64,000 bases of DNA from Sphingobacteriia bacterium (GCA_947452295.1 CANGCK010000013.1:872-64871), one strand, 5' to 3'; numbered from the stretch's first letter, positions 27,325 to 36,521 are shown. Program-made: numbers and translations. Notes: generated by a model from the letters alone, not told the origin.

Positions 27325-28812
27325 TTATTCTCCCTTACACCTGGCTATACCTGCTTTTGCTCGTTGATCTAATGAGTCTTTAAATTCATGGTCTTCCATC
27401 TCAAGGCATTGCTGGTAATAGGTTATAGCCAAATCTTTGCGTCCTTTTTGTTCATAAATCTGGCCAATTTGGTAGGCTGCTCTAGATGCAAAATATTCTT
27501 TTCTGGCCGTACCAATTTTAATGGATTTAAGATAAAATTGGATAGCTTCATCGTCTTTGCCTAAATCGTCAAAAATTCGGGCAATTCGGTAGGTAAACTC
27601 TAGTTTTTCTTCAATTTTTTCAAAATCTTCTTCAGTTTTCCCTGTAAGTAGTTTATTAGCATCATTGTGGTATCCGCCATCATTTAATAAACGGGCTTTA
27701 AGCAGCAATTGATTGGGCCAAGTACCCGTTTTGGCATCTTTTAACGCTTTTTTATCGGCATCTGTTTCAGTACTGCCTTTAATTAATTGAAGTTTGCGTA
27801 GCTCTTCAGCCTTTTTCATATTACCCTGTAAATAATAACACCAACTTAATTTTTGGTATACATCTTTTATATAAAAATTGCCTTTAAATGTTTGAAGAAA
27901 TTGTTCAAAAGAATTTTTCGCTTCTTGTAAGTCTAAATGAAACAATCGTGCATAACCCATTTGAAAATCCCAAACGCTTAGTTTAAGAAAATCATCCGAC
28001 TTGCTTCTATTCCCTACAATAAGCTTCATCAGTTCTGCCTGTTTATTGTTGAGGGTTATGTTAGAAGCCATATAAGCCAATAAATGATTATTTACTAGGT
28101 CGATTTTTTTTTGGTTGATGAATTGTAATGCTTCTTCTTTTTTGTTATCTATATAAAATAATAAATAAGGATAAATAAAGGCCGATTCATTATAAAAGAA
28201 TTTTGCCCATGGATCGTTACTGTTGGTATAGTATCGAACTGTTTTCATGCCTTCAGAAAGGGAGCCTTTCATGCCCAATAAATTGGCTAGCCATTTATAG
28301 CTTTTGGGGATGGTACCTATTACAGCTTGAAGTGCCCCGAACATTAAATCATTGGGTGAAAAATTGGGAAATTTTTTTTTATTTTCTTTAAGTAATAAGT
28401 AAGCTCTCCTAAAATCCCATCCTGCATCCCATAAGTGACCAAATTTAACAGAAACGCCGGCTCTATGTATTCTAACAATTGCTTGCGAATACAAATAAAA
28501 AGGAGAGGTATTGGGGCCGTTTTCTAATTGGTTGAGCCGTTGTTCAAAAACAGGGTATAGTGTAGAATACGCTCCCGGATCTTCATTTAAAAACAGGGTA
28601 TAAAAATCGCAATAACTACCTAATAAAACAGGAATGAGGTTATTTGGATTGATTTGTATTGATTTCTCGAGGAGCTGTTTGCCGGGCTTTAATTTTAATT
28701 TAGTGATTTCCTGATATGCCCAAATGCTTTCTTTGTTAAACTCAAATGTTTTTTGTGCTGAAGAGTTCAGCATAATAAGTAAGCAATATCCAATGATTAA
28801 TATCGGTTTCAT
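27325..28812 (-). CDS. Secreted TPR-repeat protein
   Basis: Signal peptide MKPILIIGYCLLIMLNSSAQ; C-terminal TPR-like helices (AIQFYLKSIKIG, AAYQIGQIYEQKGRKDLAITYYQQCLE). Confidence 0.6.
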   Translation of the reverse strand: MKPILIIGYCLLIMLNSSAQKTFEFNKESIWAYQEITKLKLKPGKQLLEKSIQINPNNLIPVLLGSYCDFYTLFLNEDPGAYSTLYPVFEQRLNQLENGPNTSPFYLYSQAIVRIHRAGVSVKFGHLWDAGWDFRRAYLLLKENKKKFPNFSPNDLMFGALQAVIGTIPKSYKWLANLLGMKGSLSEGMKTVRYYTNSNDPWAKFFYNESAFIYPYLLFYIDNKKEEALQFINQKKIDLVNNHLLAYMASNITLNNKQAELMKLIVGNRSKSDDFLKLSVWDFQMGYARLFHLDLQEAKNSFEQFLQTFKGNFYIKDVYQKLSWCYYLQGNMKKAEELRKLQLIKGSTETDADKKALKDAKTGTWPNQLLLKARLLNDGGYHNDANKLLTGKTEEDFEKIEEKLEFTYRIARIFDDLGKDDEAIQFYLKSIKIGTARKEYFASRAAYQIGQIYEQKGRKDLAITYYQQCLEMEDHEFKDSLDQRAKAGIARCKGE

Positions 28813-28822
28813 TTGTTACCCC

Positions 28823-28854
28823 GAAAATAAGAAAGGGTAACCAAATGATTACCC
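28823..28854 (-). terminator. Rho-independent terminator after the Zn-ribbon gene
   Basis: Read on the minus strand: stem gggtaa / ttaccc followed by tttcttatttt. Confidence 0.6.
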
Positions 28855-28881
28855 CTTATTTATATTAAAATAAATTAACAA

Positions 28882-29637
28882 TTATTTTGCTTCAATAGAA
28901 TCATTCATATCTGCATCAACTAAAATACGTCCGCAGTTTTCACATACTATGATTTTTTTGTGTAAGCGAATTTCGCTTTGACGTTGTGGTGGAATTGAAT
29001 TAAAGCAACCACCACAAGCATCGCGCTCTACAGGTACAACTGCTAATCCATTTCTATAACTATTGCGGATACGGTCGTAACTGTAAATTAAACGCTCATC
29101 TATATGTCCACGAGCATCTGCACTCACTTTATTCAAAGCAGTTTCTTCTTTTTCAGTATCCACAATTATTTTTTGCAACTCGCTTTTTTTGTGGTTCAAT
29201 ACCCCTTCTTTAACAGCAACTTGTTTTTTAGCACTTTCTAAAGATTTTACTTTATCTGAAAGTTCTTCGTTGGCATCGCGAATATGTTTTTCAGCTAGTT
29301 TAACCTCTAATTGTTGCATTTCAACTTCTTTGTTGATTGCTTCAAATTCACGGTTATTCTTCACATTATCGCTTTGTTTTTCGTACTTAGCAATTAATGC
29401 TTCACTTTCTTTGATGGTATTTTTCTTCCCCTCAATGAATTCTGTGATGCCATTAATTTCCTCTTCAATACGAGTTTGGCGACTTTGCAAACCCTGAATT
29501 TCATCTTCTAAATCACTTACTTCCATTGGAAGTTCGCCTTTTAAAACCTGAATTCCATCTAACTTACTATCGATCTTTTGTAAACGCAATAAGTTTACTA
29601 ATTTTTCTTCAACGGAGAAATCTTTTACAGATGCCAT
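28882..29637 (-). CDS. Coiled-coil plus C4 zinc-ribbon protein (COG1579/DUF164 type)
   Basis: About 200 aa of heptad-rich sequence followed by CGGC...x22...CENC; directly downstream of a Nif3 gene, as in the HP0959-HP0958 pair. Confidence 0.75.
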   Translation of the reverse strand: MASVKDFSVEEKLVNLLRLQKIDSKLDGIQVLKGELPMEVSDLEDEIQGLQSRQTRIEEEINGITEFIEGKKNTIKESEALIAKYEKQSDNVKNNREFEAINKEVEMQQLEVKLAEKHIRDANEELSDKVKSLESAKKQVAVKEGVLNHKKSELQKIIVDTEKEETALNKVSADARGHIDERLIYSYDRIRNSYRNGLAVVPVERDACGGCFNSIPPQRQSEIRLHKKIIVCENCGRILVDADMNDSIEAK

Positions 29638-29656
29638 ATGTAATTATAGTTTGAGA

Positions 29657-30757
29657 TTATCCTAAAAAGTAGCGCACCGGATTGGTGTTAATTGCCGTTT
29701 TTAGGACGGCAAAGTTAGGGAATTTAGTGGTTAAATACGAAAAAAGCAGTTCTGTTGTATATTGTTCACTTTCCCAATGGCCAATATCTGCTATAACCAT
29801 GCGGTTTTCAGCATCAAAAAATTCATGATATTTTATGTCTGAGCTGATGAAATATTGGGCTCCAGCCCTTAAAGCGGCTTGTATTAGGAAGCTACCTGCC
29901 CCCCCACAAACCGCTATTTTAGTTATTTTTTGGTTTAATAAGGGGGTATGTTTAATTACCGATAGGTTAAAATGATCTTTTAATAAGGTCAATAATTCCA
30001 TTTCATCAATTGGAGCTGAAAATTCTCCCAATAAACCACTTCCAACAGTAACATATTCATTTAAAAGTGGAATAACATAGTATGCTACTTCTTCGTATGG
30101 ATGCTTGTTTTTTAATGCTTCAATTACTTGGGATTGTAAATAGGTAGGTAAAATCACTTCAATCTTGGTTTCTGAAGTAAATTGTTTTACACCTGGCTTG
30201 CCAATTGTAGGGTTTGATTGGGCAGACCCCATATATGATCCCATACCGTTAACCGTAAAACTGCATTCACTGTACTCGCTAATATGCCCTGCTCCTGCAT
30301 TAAATAGGGCCTGGGTAATATCTTCTGCTGTTCCAATTGGAGCGTAGGTAATTAATTTAGCCAATTGATTATTTTTGGGAGATAAAATTGTTGTATTAAT
30401 TAATCCCAGCCGTTGTGCAATGCTAAAATTTACACCATTTAGCACATTATCGAGGTTTGTATGGATGGCATAAATGGCAATATCATGCTTAATTGCATAT
30501 ATAATTGCCTTTTCAACGTAATTTTTCCCGGTTATTTTAGTTAATCCTTTAAATACAATTGGATGATGAGCTACCACCAAATTGCACCCTTTTTCCATTG
30601 CTTCTTTTAATACTTCTATCGTTGCATCGAGTGTACAAAGTATCCCACTGCAAAGCATTTCGGGGGATCCGGTGAGAAGTCCTGCGTTGTCATATGATTC
30701 TTGAAAAGCCAATGGCGCTTTTTTTTCTAATTCCCGAATTATATTGATTATTTTCAT
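29657..30757 (-). CDS. Nif3-like dinuclear metal-centre protein (YbgI/GTP cyclohydrolase 1 type 2 homologue)
   Basis: NIF3 motifs DNAGL, VVAHHP and YAIHTNLD, plus a C-terminal ADIGHWESE; 366 aa including a PII-like insert. Confidence 0.85.
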   Translation of the reverse strand: MKIINIIRELEKKAPLAFQESYDNAGLLTGSPEMLCSGILCTLDATIEVLKEAMEKGCNLVVAHHPIVFKGLTKITGKNYVEKAIIYAIKHDIAIYAIHTNLDNVLNGVNFSIAQRLGLINTTILSPKNNQLAKLITYAPIGTAEDITQALFNAGAGHISEYSECSFTVNGMGSYMGSAQSNPTIGKPGVKQFTSETKIEVILPTYLQSQVIEALKNKHPYEEVAYYVIPLLNEYVTVGSGLLGEFSAPIDEMELLTLLKDHFNLSVIKHTPLLNQKITKIAVCGGAGSFLIQAALRAGAQYFISSDIKYHEFFDAENRMVIADIGHWESEQYTTELLFSYLTTKFPNFAVLKTAINTNPVRYFLG

Positions 30758-30798
30758 GTTATTAATAAATTAACTGTACAACGAATTTAGCTTCATTC

Positions 30799-30806
30799 TA
30801 TATTTG
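30799..30806 (+). promoter_or_regulatory. Bacteroidota -7 promoter box (TAnnTTTG)
   Basis: tatatttg ends 6 nt before ATG 30812 and overlaps the alternative GTG 30806, which favours ATG 30812. Confidence 0.4.
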
Positions 30807-30811
30807 TGCCT

Positions 30812-31660
30812 ATGACTGAAACATTATTTATTTTTAATGATGGAAGTTTTATGCGTTCAGATAAACTCCAAATATCCCATAATAATCGTTCATTTCGTTA
30901 TGGAGATGGATTTTTTGAAACCATGAAATGGAGTAAGGGTAAAATCTTGTTGGAGTCTTTTCACATGGAGCGTTTTTTTCATGCATTAGAAACATTCAAA
31001 TTTGTTCCACCTTCATTTTTGTCTGCCGGTTATATCATTAATGCCATCACAGAGTTGGTTAAAAAAAATCATCATCAACAGTTGGCTAGAGTTCGAATTA
31101 CTGTATATAGAGGAAATGGTGGGTTATATGATGAAATTAGTCATTATCCGCACCTTTTAATTCAAACATGGGGGTTAGATCTTACCAGTAATAAAATGAA
31201 TGAAAACGGCTTGGATATTGGAATTTTTACCGGTACAGTGAAGTCGCCTGACTTTTTTTCTACAATTAAAAGCAATAATTATTTGCCCTATGCCATGGCG
31301 GCTATTTGGGCGAAAGAGCGCCAGTTAAACGATGCTGTTTTATTGAATGCCTACGGAAATTTAGTAGATGCAACTTTTTCTAACTTATTCATTGTAAAAG
31401 ATGGTCTTATAAAAACACCAGCATTGTCTGAAGGGCCAATAGCAGGCGTTATGCGTAGGTATTTGTTAGAGCAATTACGTAAAAATGATTATTTGGTGGA
31501 GGAAACCAGTTTAAAACCAGCTGATTTAGTAGCAGCTGATGAGGTTTTTTTGACCAATGTAATTTCAGGTATAAGGTGGGTAAAGCAATTTGAAAATATT
31601 GCATATCCTAATCAATTTTCGGAATCGCTTTACAGAAAATTCATGGATATTTTCTTATAG
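30812..31660 (+). CDS. Class IV aminotransferase family protein (aminodeoxychorismate lyase-like)
   Basis: FRYGDGFFET near the N-terminus and the later SNLF / EVFLTN motifs typical of fold-type IV PLP enzymes (PabC/IlvE family). Confidence 0.7.
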   Translation: MTETLFIFNDGSFMRSDKLQISHNNRSFRYGDGFFETMKWSKGKILLESFHMERFFHALETFKFVPPSFLSAGYIINAITELVKKNHHQQLARVRITVYRGNGGLYDEISHYPHLLIQTWGLDLTSNKMNENGLDIGIFTGTVKSPDFFSTIKSNNYLPYAMAAIWAKERQLNDAVLLNAYGNLVDATFSNLFIVKDGLIKTPALSEGPIAGVMRRYLLEQLRKNDYLVEETSLKPADLVAADEVFLTNVISGIRWVKQFENIAYPNQFSESLYRKFMDIFL

Positions 31661-31751
31661 TGCCTTTATCTAATTTTGAATTTAGATGGTTTTCGGCATT
31701 ATTTTTTGCAAATTATCAAATAATTTTATTTAATAATAGCCTTAATTGTAG

Positions 31752-31759
31752 TAATTTTG
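31752..31759 (+). promoter_or_regulatory. Bacteroidota -7 promoter box (TAnnTTTG) for the OmpA-family gene
   Basis: taattttg lies 66 nt upstream of ATG 31825. Confidence 0.3.
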
Positions 31760-31824
31760 CACGGATTGCTTTTTGGCAGTCTCAAATCATACTTTAGTCA
31801 ATTATAACGTTAAAATAAAAAGCA

Positions 31825-33210
31825 ATGAAATTAATCAAACAAATGCTGCTTATAGCGGTAGTGTGTTTTTTCAGTTTACAGATGAATGCTCAAACATCTG
31901 CAAAGAAGGAAGCTATTAGTGGAGGTATACTTGGAGCTGGAAATGACTCTTGGTTTCAAGTGAAAAAAAGTTCATGGAATAACCAATATCATGGCGCTTT
32001 AGGTTATGCTGCTGGTTTGTGGGTAAATATTCCAATTTCAAAAAAATTATCTTTTGAGCCTCAGTTTCAATATAGTGTTTTACAATACAAACATAAGTAT
32101 GCTTCTACAGGTCAGTTTTCTGGAAAACAACAGTATCAGTCTGTTCCATTGTTATTAAAGTATAAATTAGGAGAAAATGTATCAGTATTGGCAGGTCCAC
32201 AGATTGATTTCTTAAATAAGATTGAAAATGATGGTAGATCTGCTACCTATTTCAAGGGTCAATTTGAAGCAGTAAGTACAATTGTAACTGCGGGCGTAGA
32301 ATTGTTTTCTGCAAAGAAAATTCAGTTTTATGCACGTTACATGCAAGGTTTATCGGATCAAAAATCAATTACTAACCCTAATGTGGGTGTTCAATTTTAC
32401 ACTCGTGGCGTACAAGCTGGTTTAAAATGGAAGTTATTTGAATTAAAAGCTTCTAAGAAAAATGTTAAACCTACAACACCTGTTGCTCCTCCGGTAGTTG
32501 CGCCTGTAGATACTGATAAAGATGGCATTAATGACGACCAAGATAAGTGTCCTACCGTAGCTGGTTTGGCTAAATACAACGGCTGTCCTATACCAGATAC
32601 CGATAATGATGGTATTAATGATGAGCAAGATAAATGCCCTACTTTGGCAGGTATTGCAAAGTACAACGGTTGTCCTATACCAGATACTGACAATGATGGT
32701 GTAAATGATGAGCAAGATAAATGTCCTACTGTTGCTGGTTCTGTAAATTATGCTGGTTGCCCTATACCAGATAGCGATAATGACGGAGTTAATGATGAGC
32801 AAGACAAATGCCCTACAGTGGCTGGTATCGCTGCAAATGCAGGTTGTCCTGACATTGCTCCTGAATTAACTCGTGTTGCTAAAATTTTCTATTTCTATAC
32901 TGGTACTACCAAATTGGCTAATGCTACTTCAGCTAAGTCTAAAATTGTTCCAGTTATCAACTTAATGAAAAAATACCCAACTCTTAAATTAGAGATCGAA
33001 GGTTATACTGACAATACCGGAAGTGATGCAATCAACAATACTTTATCACAAAAACGTGCTGAAGCTGCATTGCAATATTTGGTTGCAAAAGGATTAACTG
33101 CTGATCGTTTATCTGCTAAAGGTTTTGGTTCGGCTAACCCAGTTGCTGATAATAAAACTGAAAAAGGAAGAGCTTTAAACAGAAGAGTAGAATTAGTGCC
33201 TAAATTCTAA
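31825..33210 (+). CDS. OmpA-family outer membrane protein: beta-barrel, four TSP3 calcium-binding repeats, OmpA_C domain
   Basis: Signal peptide; N-terminal barrel-like alternating pattern; 4x DxDxDGxxDxxDxC thrombospondin type-3 repeats; C-terminal GYTDNTGSDAINNTLSQKRAEA and NRRVEL. Confidence 0.88.
   Translation: MKLIKQMLLIAVVCFFSLQMNAQTSAKKEAISGGILGAGNDSWFQVKKSSWNNQYHGALGYAAGLWVNIPISKKLSFEPQFQYSVLQYKHKYASTGQFSGKQQYQSVPLLLKYKLGENVSVLAGPQIDFLNKIENDGRSATYFKGQFEAVSTIVTAGVELFSAKKIQFYARYMQGLSDQKSITNPNVGVQFYTRGVQAGLKWKLFELKASKKNVKPTTPVAPPVVAPVDTDKDGINDDQDKCPTVAGLAKYNGCPIPDTDNDGINDEQDKCPTLAGIAKYNGCPIPDTDNDGVNDEQDKCPTVAGSVNYAGCPIPDSDNDGVNDEQDKCPTVAGIAANAGCPDIAPELTRVAKIFYFYTGTTKLANATSAKSKIVPVINLMKKYPTLKLEIEGYTDNTGSDAINNTLSQKRAEAALQYLVAKGLTADRLSAKGFGSANPVADNKTEKGRALNRRVELVPKF
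32509..32853 (+). repeat. In-frame 87-bp (29-codon) tandem repeats, four units (TSP3 repeats)
   Basis: Units start at 32509, 32596, 32683 and 32770. The protein repeat is DTDNDGINDEQDKCPTxAGxAxYxGCPIP, and the DNA copies differ at many synonymous sites. Confidence 0.85.
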
Positions 33211-33234
33211 TTCTAATTCATTTTTATATTAAAA

Positions 33235-33268
33235 ATCCTGGTTGCCGTTGGTGACCAGGATTTTTTTT
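33235..33268 (+). terminator. Rho-independent terminator after the OmpA-family gene
   Basis: Stem atcctggt / accaggat, extendable by flanking A/T runs, followed by a T8 run. Confidence 0.75.
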
Positions 33269-33416
33269 ATCCGTATACTTCAAACTATTTGAATATTTTA
33301 TTGTAATATATCATTCCTATCAACCAATTGAGCAATATTCAACCGTTGAATGCTATTATCAATTGCTAATTGTGAAAATTCAATGGGTCTCAATATATTA
33401 ATGAAATAATCAACAC

Positions 33417-34730
33417 ATGCAACAGAAAATAAGCGTATTTTGGTTTAGGAGAGATCTTAGATTAATAGATAATGTAGGCCTATTTCATGCGCTAAGTAGT
33501 AAGTTTCCTGTTCTTCCAATTTTTATTTTCGACAAAAATATATTGGATAAACTTGATAACAAGTCCGACCCTCGTGTTGAGTTTATTCATCTTGCCCTTT
33601 CTGAAATCCAGTCACAACTGATACCAATTGGCTCATCTTTGCAGGTTTTTTACAGTACGCCTTATGAAGTTTTTGATATATTATCAGAAAATTACAGCAT
33701 TGATACTGTTTATACTAACCATGATTACGAACCGTATGCTGTAGAAAGAGATATAGCCATAGATGCATTTTTAGAAGATAGGGGTATAAAACTACTGACA
33801 TTTAAAGACCAGGTTATTTTCGAGAAAAATGAAGTAATTAAAGATGATGGTAAACCCTATACTGTGTTTACACCCTATTCACGAAAATGGAAAGCCAAAT
33901 TAACAGAAAACGATTTAAAGGAATATACTACTCAGTTGTTAATGAATCATTTTTTAAAGCAAATAGAACAACCAATTCCTACACTTGCATCAATGGGCTT
34001 TGAAAAATCAGGTTTATTATTTCCATCTAAAGTAGTACAGACTAATATTATTAGGCAGTATACTGAGAATCGAAATTTTCCTGGCTTAGACAATGGCACT
34101 TCTAAAATAGGGGTTCACCTTCGTTTTGGTACAATAAGTATAAGGGCATTGGCTAAAACCGCTAATCAAACTAATGAAACTTTTCTTAATGAATTGATAT
34201 GGCGAGACTTTTATCAAGCTATTTTATGGCATTTCCCTAGGGTTGGAAAAGGTAAATCTTTTAAACTTGAGTATGATAGAATTTTGTGGAGAAATAACGA
34301 AGAAGAGTTCAAGCGGTGGTGTGAAGGAACTACAGGTTATCCAATAGTTGACGCTGGCATGCGTGAATTAAATGCAACAGGTTTTATGCACAATCGGGTG
34401 CGTATGATAGTGGCCTCTTTTTTAACCAAGCACTTGCTAATTGATTGGCGTTGGGGTGAAGCCTATTTTGCACAGAAATTATTGGATTTCGATTTAGCGG
34501 CGAATAACGGTGGATGGCAATGGGCCAGTGGGAGCGGTTGCGACGCTGCTCCTTATTTCAGGGTGTTTAATCCTTATTTACAAACCGAAAAATTCGATAA
34601 ATCTCTCTCTTATATTAAAAAGTGGGTACCCGAATTTCAGGAGCTCACCTATCCGCAACCTATCGTAATACATGAGGTTGCAAGGAAAAGGGTATTGTTG
34701 GTATATTCAGAAGCGTTGAAACAGGGATAA
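33417..34730 (+). CDS. Deoxyribodipyrimidine photolyase / cryptochrome family flavoprotein
   Basis: N-terminal VFWFRRDLRLIDN and the FAD-binding block TGYPIVDAGMRELNATGFMHNRVRMIVASFLTKHLLIDWRWG. Confidence 0.88.
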   Translation: MQQKISVFWFRRDLRLIDNVGLFHALSSKFPVLPIFIFDKNILDKLDNKSDPRVEFIHLALSEIQSQLIPIGSSLQVFYSTPYEVFDILSENYSIDTVYTNHDYEPYAVERDIAIDAFLEDRGIKLLTFKDQVIFEKNEVIKDDGKPYTVFTPYSRKWKAKLTENDLKEYTTQLLMNHFLKQIEQPIPTLASMGFEKSGLLFPSKVVQTNIIRQYTENRNFPGLDNGTSKIGVHLRFGTISIRALAKTANQTNETFLNELIWRDFYQAILWHFPRVGKGKSFKLEYDRILWRNNEEEFKRWCEGTTGYPIVDAGMRELNATGFMHNRVRMIVASFLTKHLLIDWRWGEAYFAQKLLDFDLAANNGGWQWASGSGCDAAPYFRVFNPYLQTEKFDKSLSYIKKWVPEFQELTYPQPIVIHEVARKRVLLVYSEALKQG

Positions 34731-34742
34731 TGCCATCTAAGT

Positions 34743-34798
34743 CGCATAAATCCGCAAACCGGTCAGACCATGGTCTGACCGGTTTGCGGATTTATGCG
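34743..34798. repeat. 56-nt perfect palindrome (28-bp arms) with core GTCAGACCATGGTCTGAC; probable terminator of the photolyase gene
   Basis: cgcataaatccgcaaaccggtcagacca|tggtctgaccggtttgcggatttatgcg, followed by ttttt; lies between convergent genes. Confidence 0.8.
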
Positions 34799-34832
34799 TT
34801 TTTAATAATTCTTCATTCCATTTAACCTAAGC

Positions 34833-35642
34833 TTATGCATCCCTTACACTTTGTAAAACAGCAACAGCTTTCCGGCCATTTTCTCCTAAATCTATTGAAA
34901 AATCATTAACATATAAGTTTATATGTTTACGCATTACTTCTTCACTCATCTCTTGTGCATGTTCACTAACATAGGGTGCAATTGCCGGATAATGCTCAAA
35001 CGCATATTGAACACTTTTTTGAATGAGTAGATCTACTTTTTTTACAATATTTAGGTCTATATTTTTTTTCCCAATGATACCGCCTAATGGTATGGGTACT
35101 TGTTGTGTATCTTCCCAATACTTACCCAAATCTATCAATTGGGTTAACCCCTTTGCTGTGAAGGTAAATCTGTTTTCATGTATGATTACCCCTGCTTCAA
35201 CCTCTCCAGATAAAATTGCTTCCTCAATTTCGTGAAATACCTTAAATATTTTGTTGTTAGCATTTGGGAAAGCTAATGAAAAAAGTAAGTGCGCTGTAGT
35301 ATTGGCTCCCGGAATAGCAATAGAATGATTATTTACCCATTCTTGTAATAGTTCATAATTATTAGTATCTAAAGCAGCATTACTAATTAAAAGTGGTCCA
35401 ACCCCCATTCCAAGAGCACCGCCACTATTCAGTAATGTATATTCATTTTGCACTAAGTGTAATACCCCATAGCTGATTTTGGAAAAATCCATTCTGCCCT
35501 GTAATGCCCACTCATTGAGCGTTTGCACATCTTCTAGGGCTACTTCAAATTCAATACCCTCGGTATCAATTTTACGATTTACAAGGGCATCAAATATAAA
35601 AGTGTCATTTGGGCAAGGGGAAAATGCCAACGTAAATTTCAT
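34833..35642 (-). CDS. mqnD: 1,4-dihydroxy-6-naphthoate synthase (futalosine pathway)
   Basis: N-terminal FSPCPNDTFIFDAL motif characteristic of the MqnA/MqnD family; 269 aa; adjacent to an MqnB-like gene. Confidence 0.8.
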   Translation of the reverse strand: MKFTLAFSPCPNDTFIFDALVNRKIDTEGIEFEVALEDVQTLNEWALQGRMDFSKISYGVLHLVQNEYTLLNSGGALGMGVGPLLISNAALDTNNYELLQEWVNNHSIAIPGANTTAHLLFSLAFPNANNKIFKVFHEIEEAILSGEVEAGVIIHENRFTFTAKGLTQLIDLGKYWEDTQQVPIPLGGIIGKKNIDLNIVKKVDLLIQKSVQYAFEHYPAIAPYVSEHAQEMSEEVMRKHINLYVNDFSIDLGENGRKAVAVLQSVRDA

Positions 35643-35644
35643 AT

Positions 35645-36346
35645 TTATGCATTTAATTTAATTAATTGTTCAATGTATTTAATTACAGTTTGATTAAGAT
35701 TTGAAATCGATTCTTTAATGAACCATTTCGTTTTGTCTCTTTCTCCTACATAATTTGATACACCCCTAATCTGTAAAAATGGAATACCCATTTTAAGAGC
35801 AATATAGTGTAAACTAGCTCCTTCCATGCTTTCGAGCTCGGGTTGATATTTATTAGTTATCCTTTTGATATTTTCAGCATTGGTGCTTATTTGATTTACT
35901 GTAATAGCATTTACTTTCTTTAGTTCAAGCAAATTGAATTTTTGCAACCATGGGTTACTTAGTTTCCCATTATTAAATGGTGGGGTATTTAATGTTACTA
36001 AATTCAAATCAAATAGATCTTTCCATGTCCCATTTTCTTCTACTCCAAGATCTCCTAACATTTCATTTTCTACTATCACTACTTTGCCAAGTGGTATTAC
36101 ATCATTAAAAGCACCTGAAATTCCCATTTGTATGATTAAATCGGGTTGATGATTTATTGCCAATGTAGTTAATGCTACGGCACTTGAAAGTATACCTACA
36201 CCTGTTAGGCAAAAATCAATATTTATTGGCAAATTTTCAGCTATATTCAATTGGTTGAGCTTTTCATAAGTAGCCATCCATTCGCTCGAAGTTGCTGCCG
36301 TAATTATTACTTTCATTGGTTTATATTTATTAATATCTTGGCTCAC
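35645..36346 (-). CDS. mqnB: Futalosine hydrolase (PNP/UDP phosphorylase-fold nucleosidase)
   Basis: Nucleosidase-fold motifs (GVGILSSAVA, ESMEGASL) and tight coupling to mqnD (2-nt gap). The start may be ATG 36316 (MKVIITAAT). Confidence 0.7.
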   Translation of the reverse strand: MSQDINKYKPMKVIITAATSSEWMATYEKLNQLNIAENLPINIDFCLTGVGILSSAVALTTLAINHQPDLIIQMGISGAFNDVIPLGKVVIVENEMLGDLGVEENGTWKDLFDLNLVTLNTPPFNNGKLSNPWLQKFNLLELKKVNAITVNQISTNAENIKRITNKYQPELESMEGASLHYIALKMGIPFLQIRGVSNYVGERDKTKWFIKESISNLNQTVIKYIEQLIKLNA

Positions 36347-36521
36347 ATGTAATACGTCTGAATAATATTTTTAGGTGGTATTGCAATTTTTTTTGTTGTT
36401 ATTTCATGTTTTTTGTCACTGTTTATTCATCTGTATGTTCTTATTTTAGTAGGCAAACTTTTATTTTGGCATATTTCTAAATGTAAAGTTGATGAAAAAT
36501 GGTCAACTTTCTTAGTTTTTG

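Noticed and set aside
32443-32802. 119-aa and 98-aa minus-strand ORFs with internal repeats (32443-32802 and 32397-32693).
   Set aside because: They are the antisense image of the TSP3 repeat region of the OmpA-family gene. Their periodicity is inherited from the sense-strand repeats.
32509-32853. Regularly spaced repeats that could superficially resemble a CRISPR array or VNTR.
   Set aside because: The units are contiguous 87-bp in-frame coding repeats with no spacers, inside a well-supported ORF, and no cas genes are present. No CRISPR array was seen anywhere in the window.
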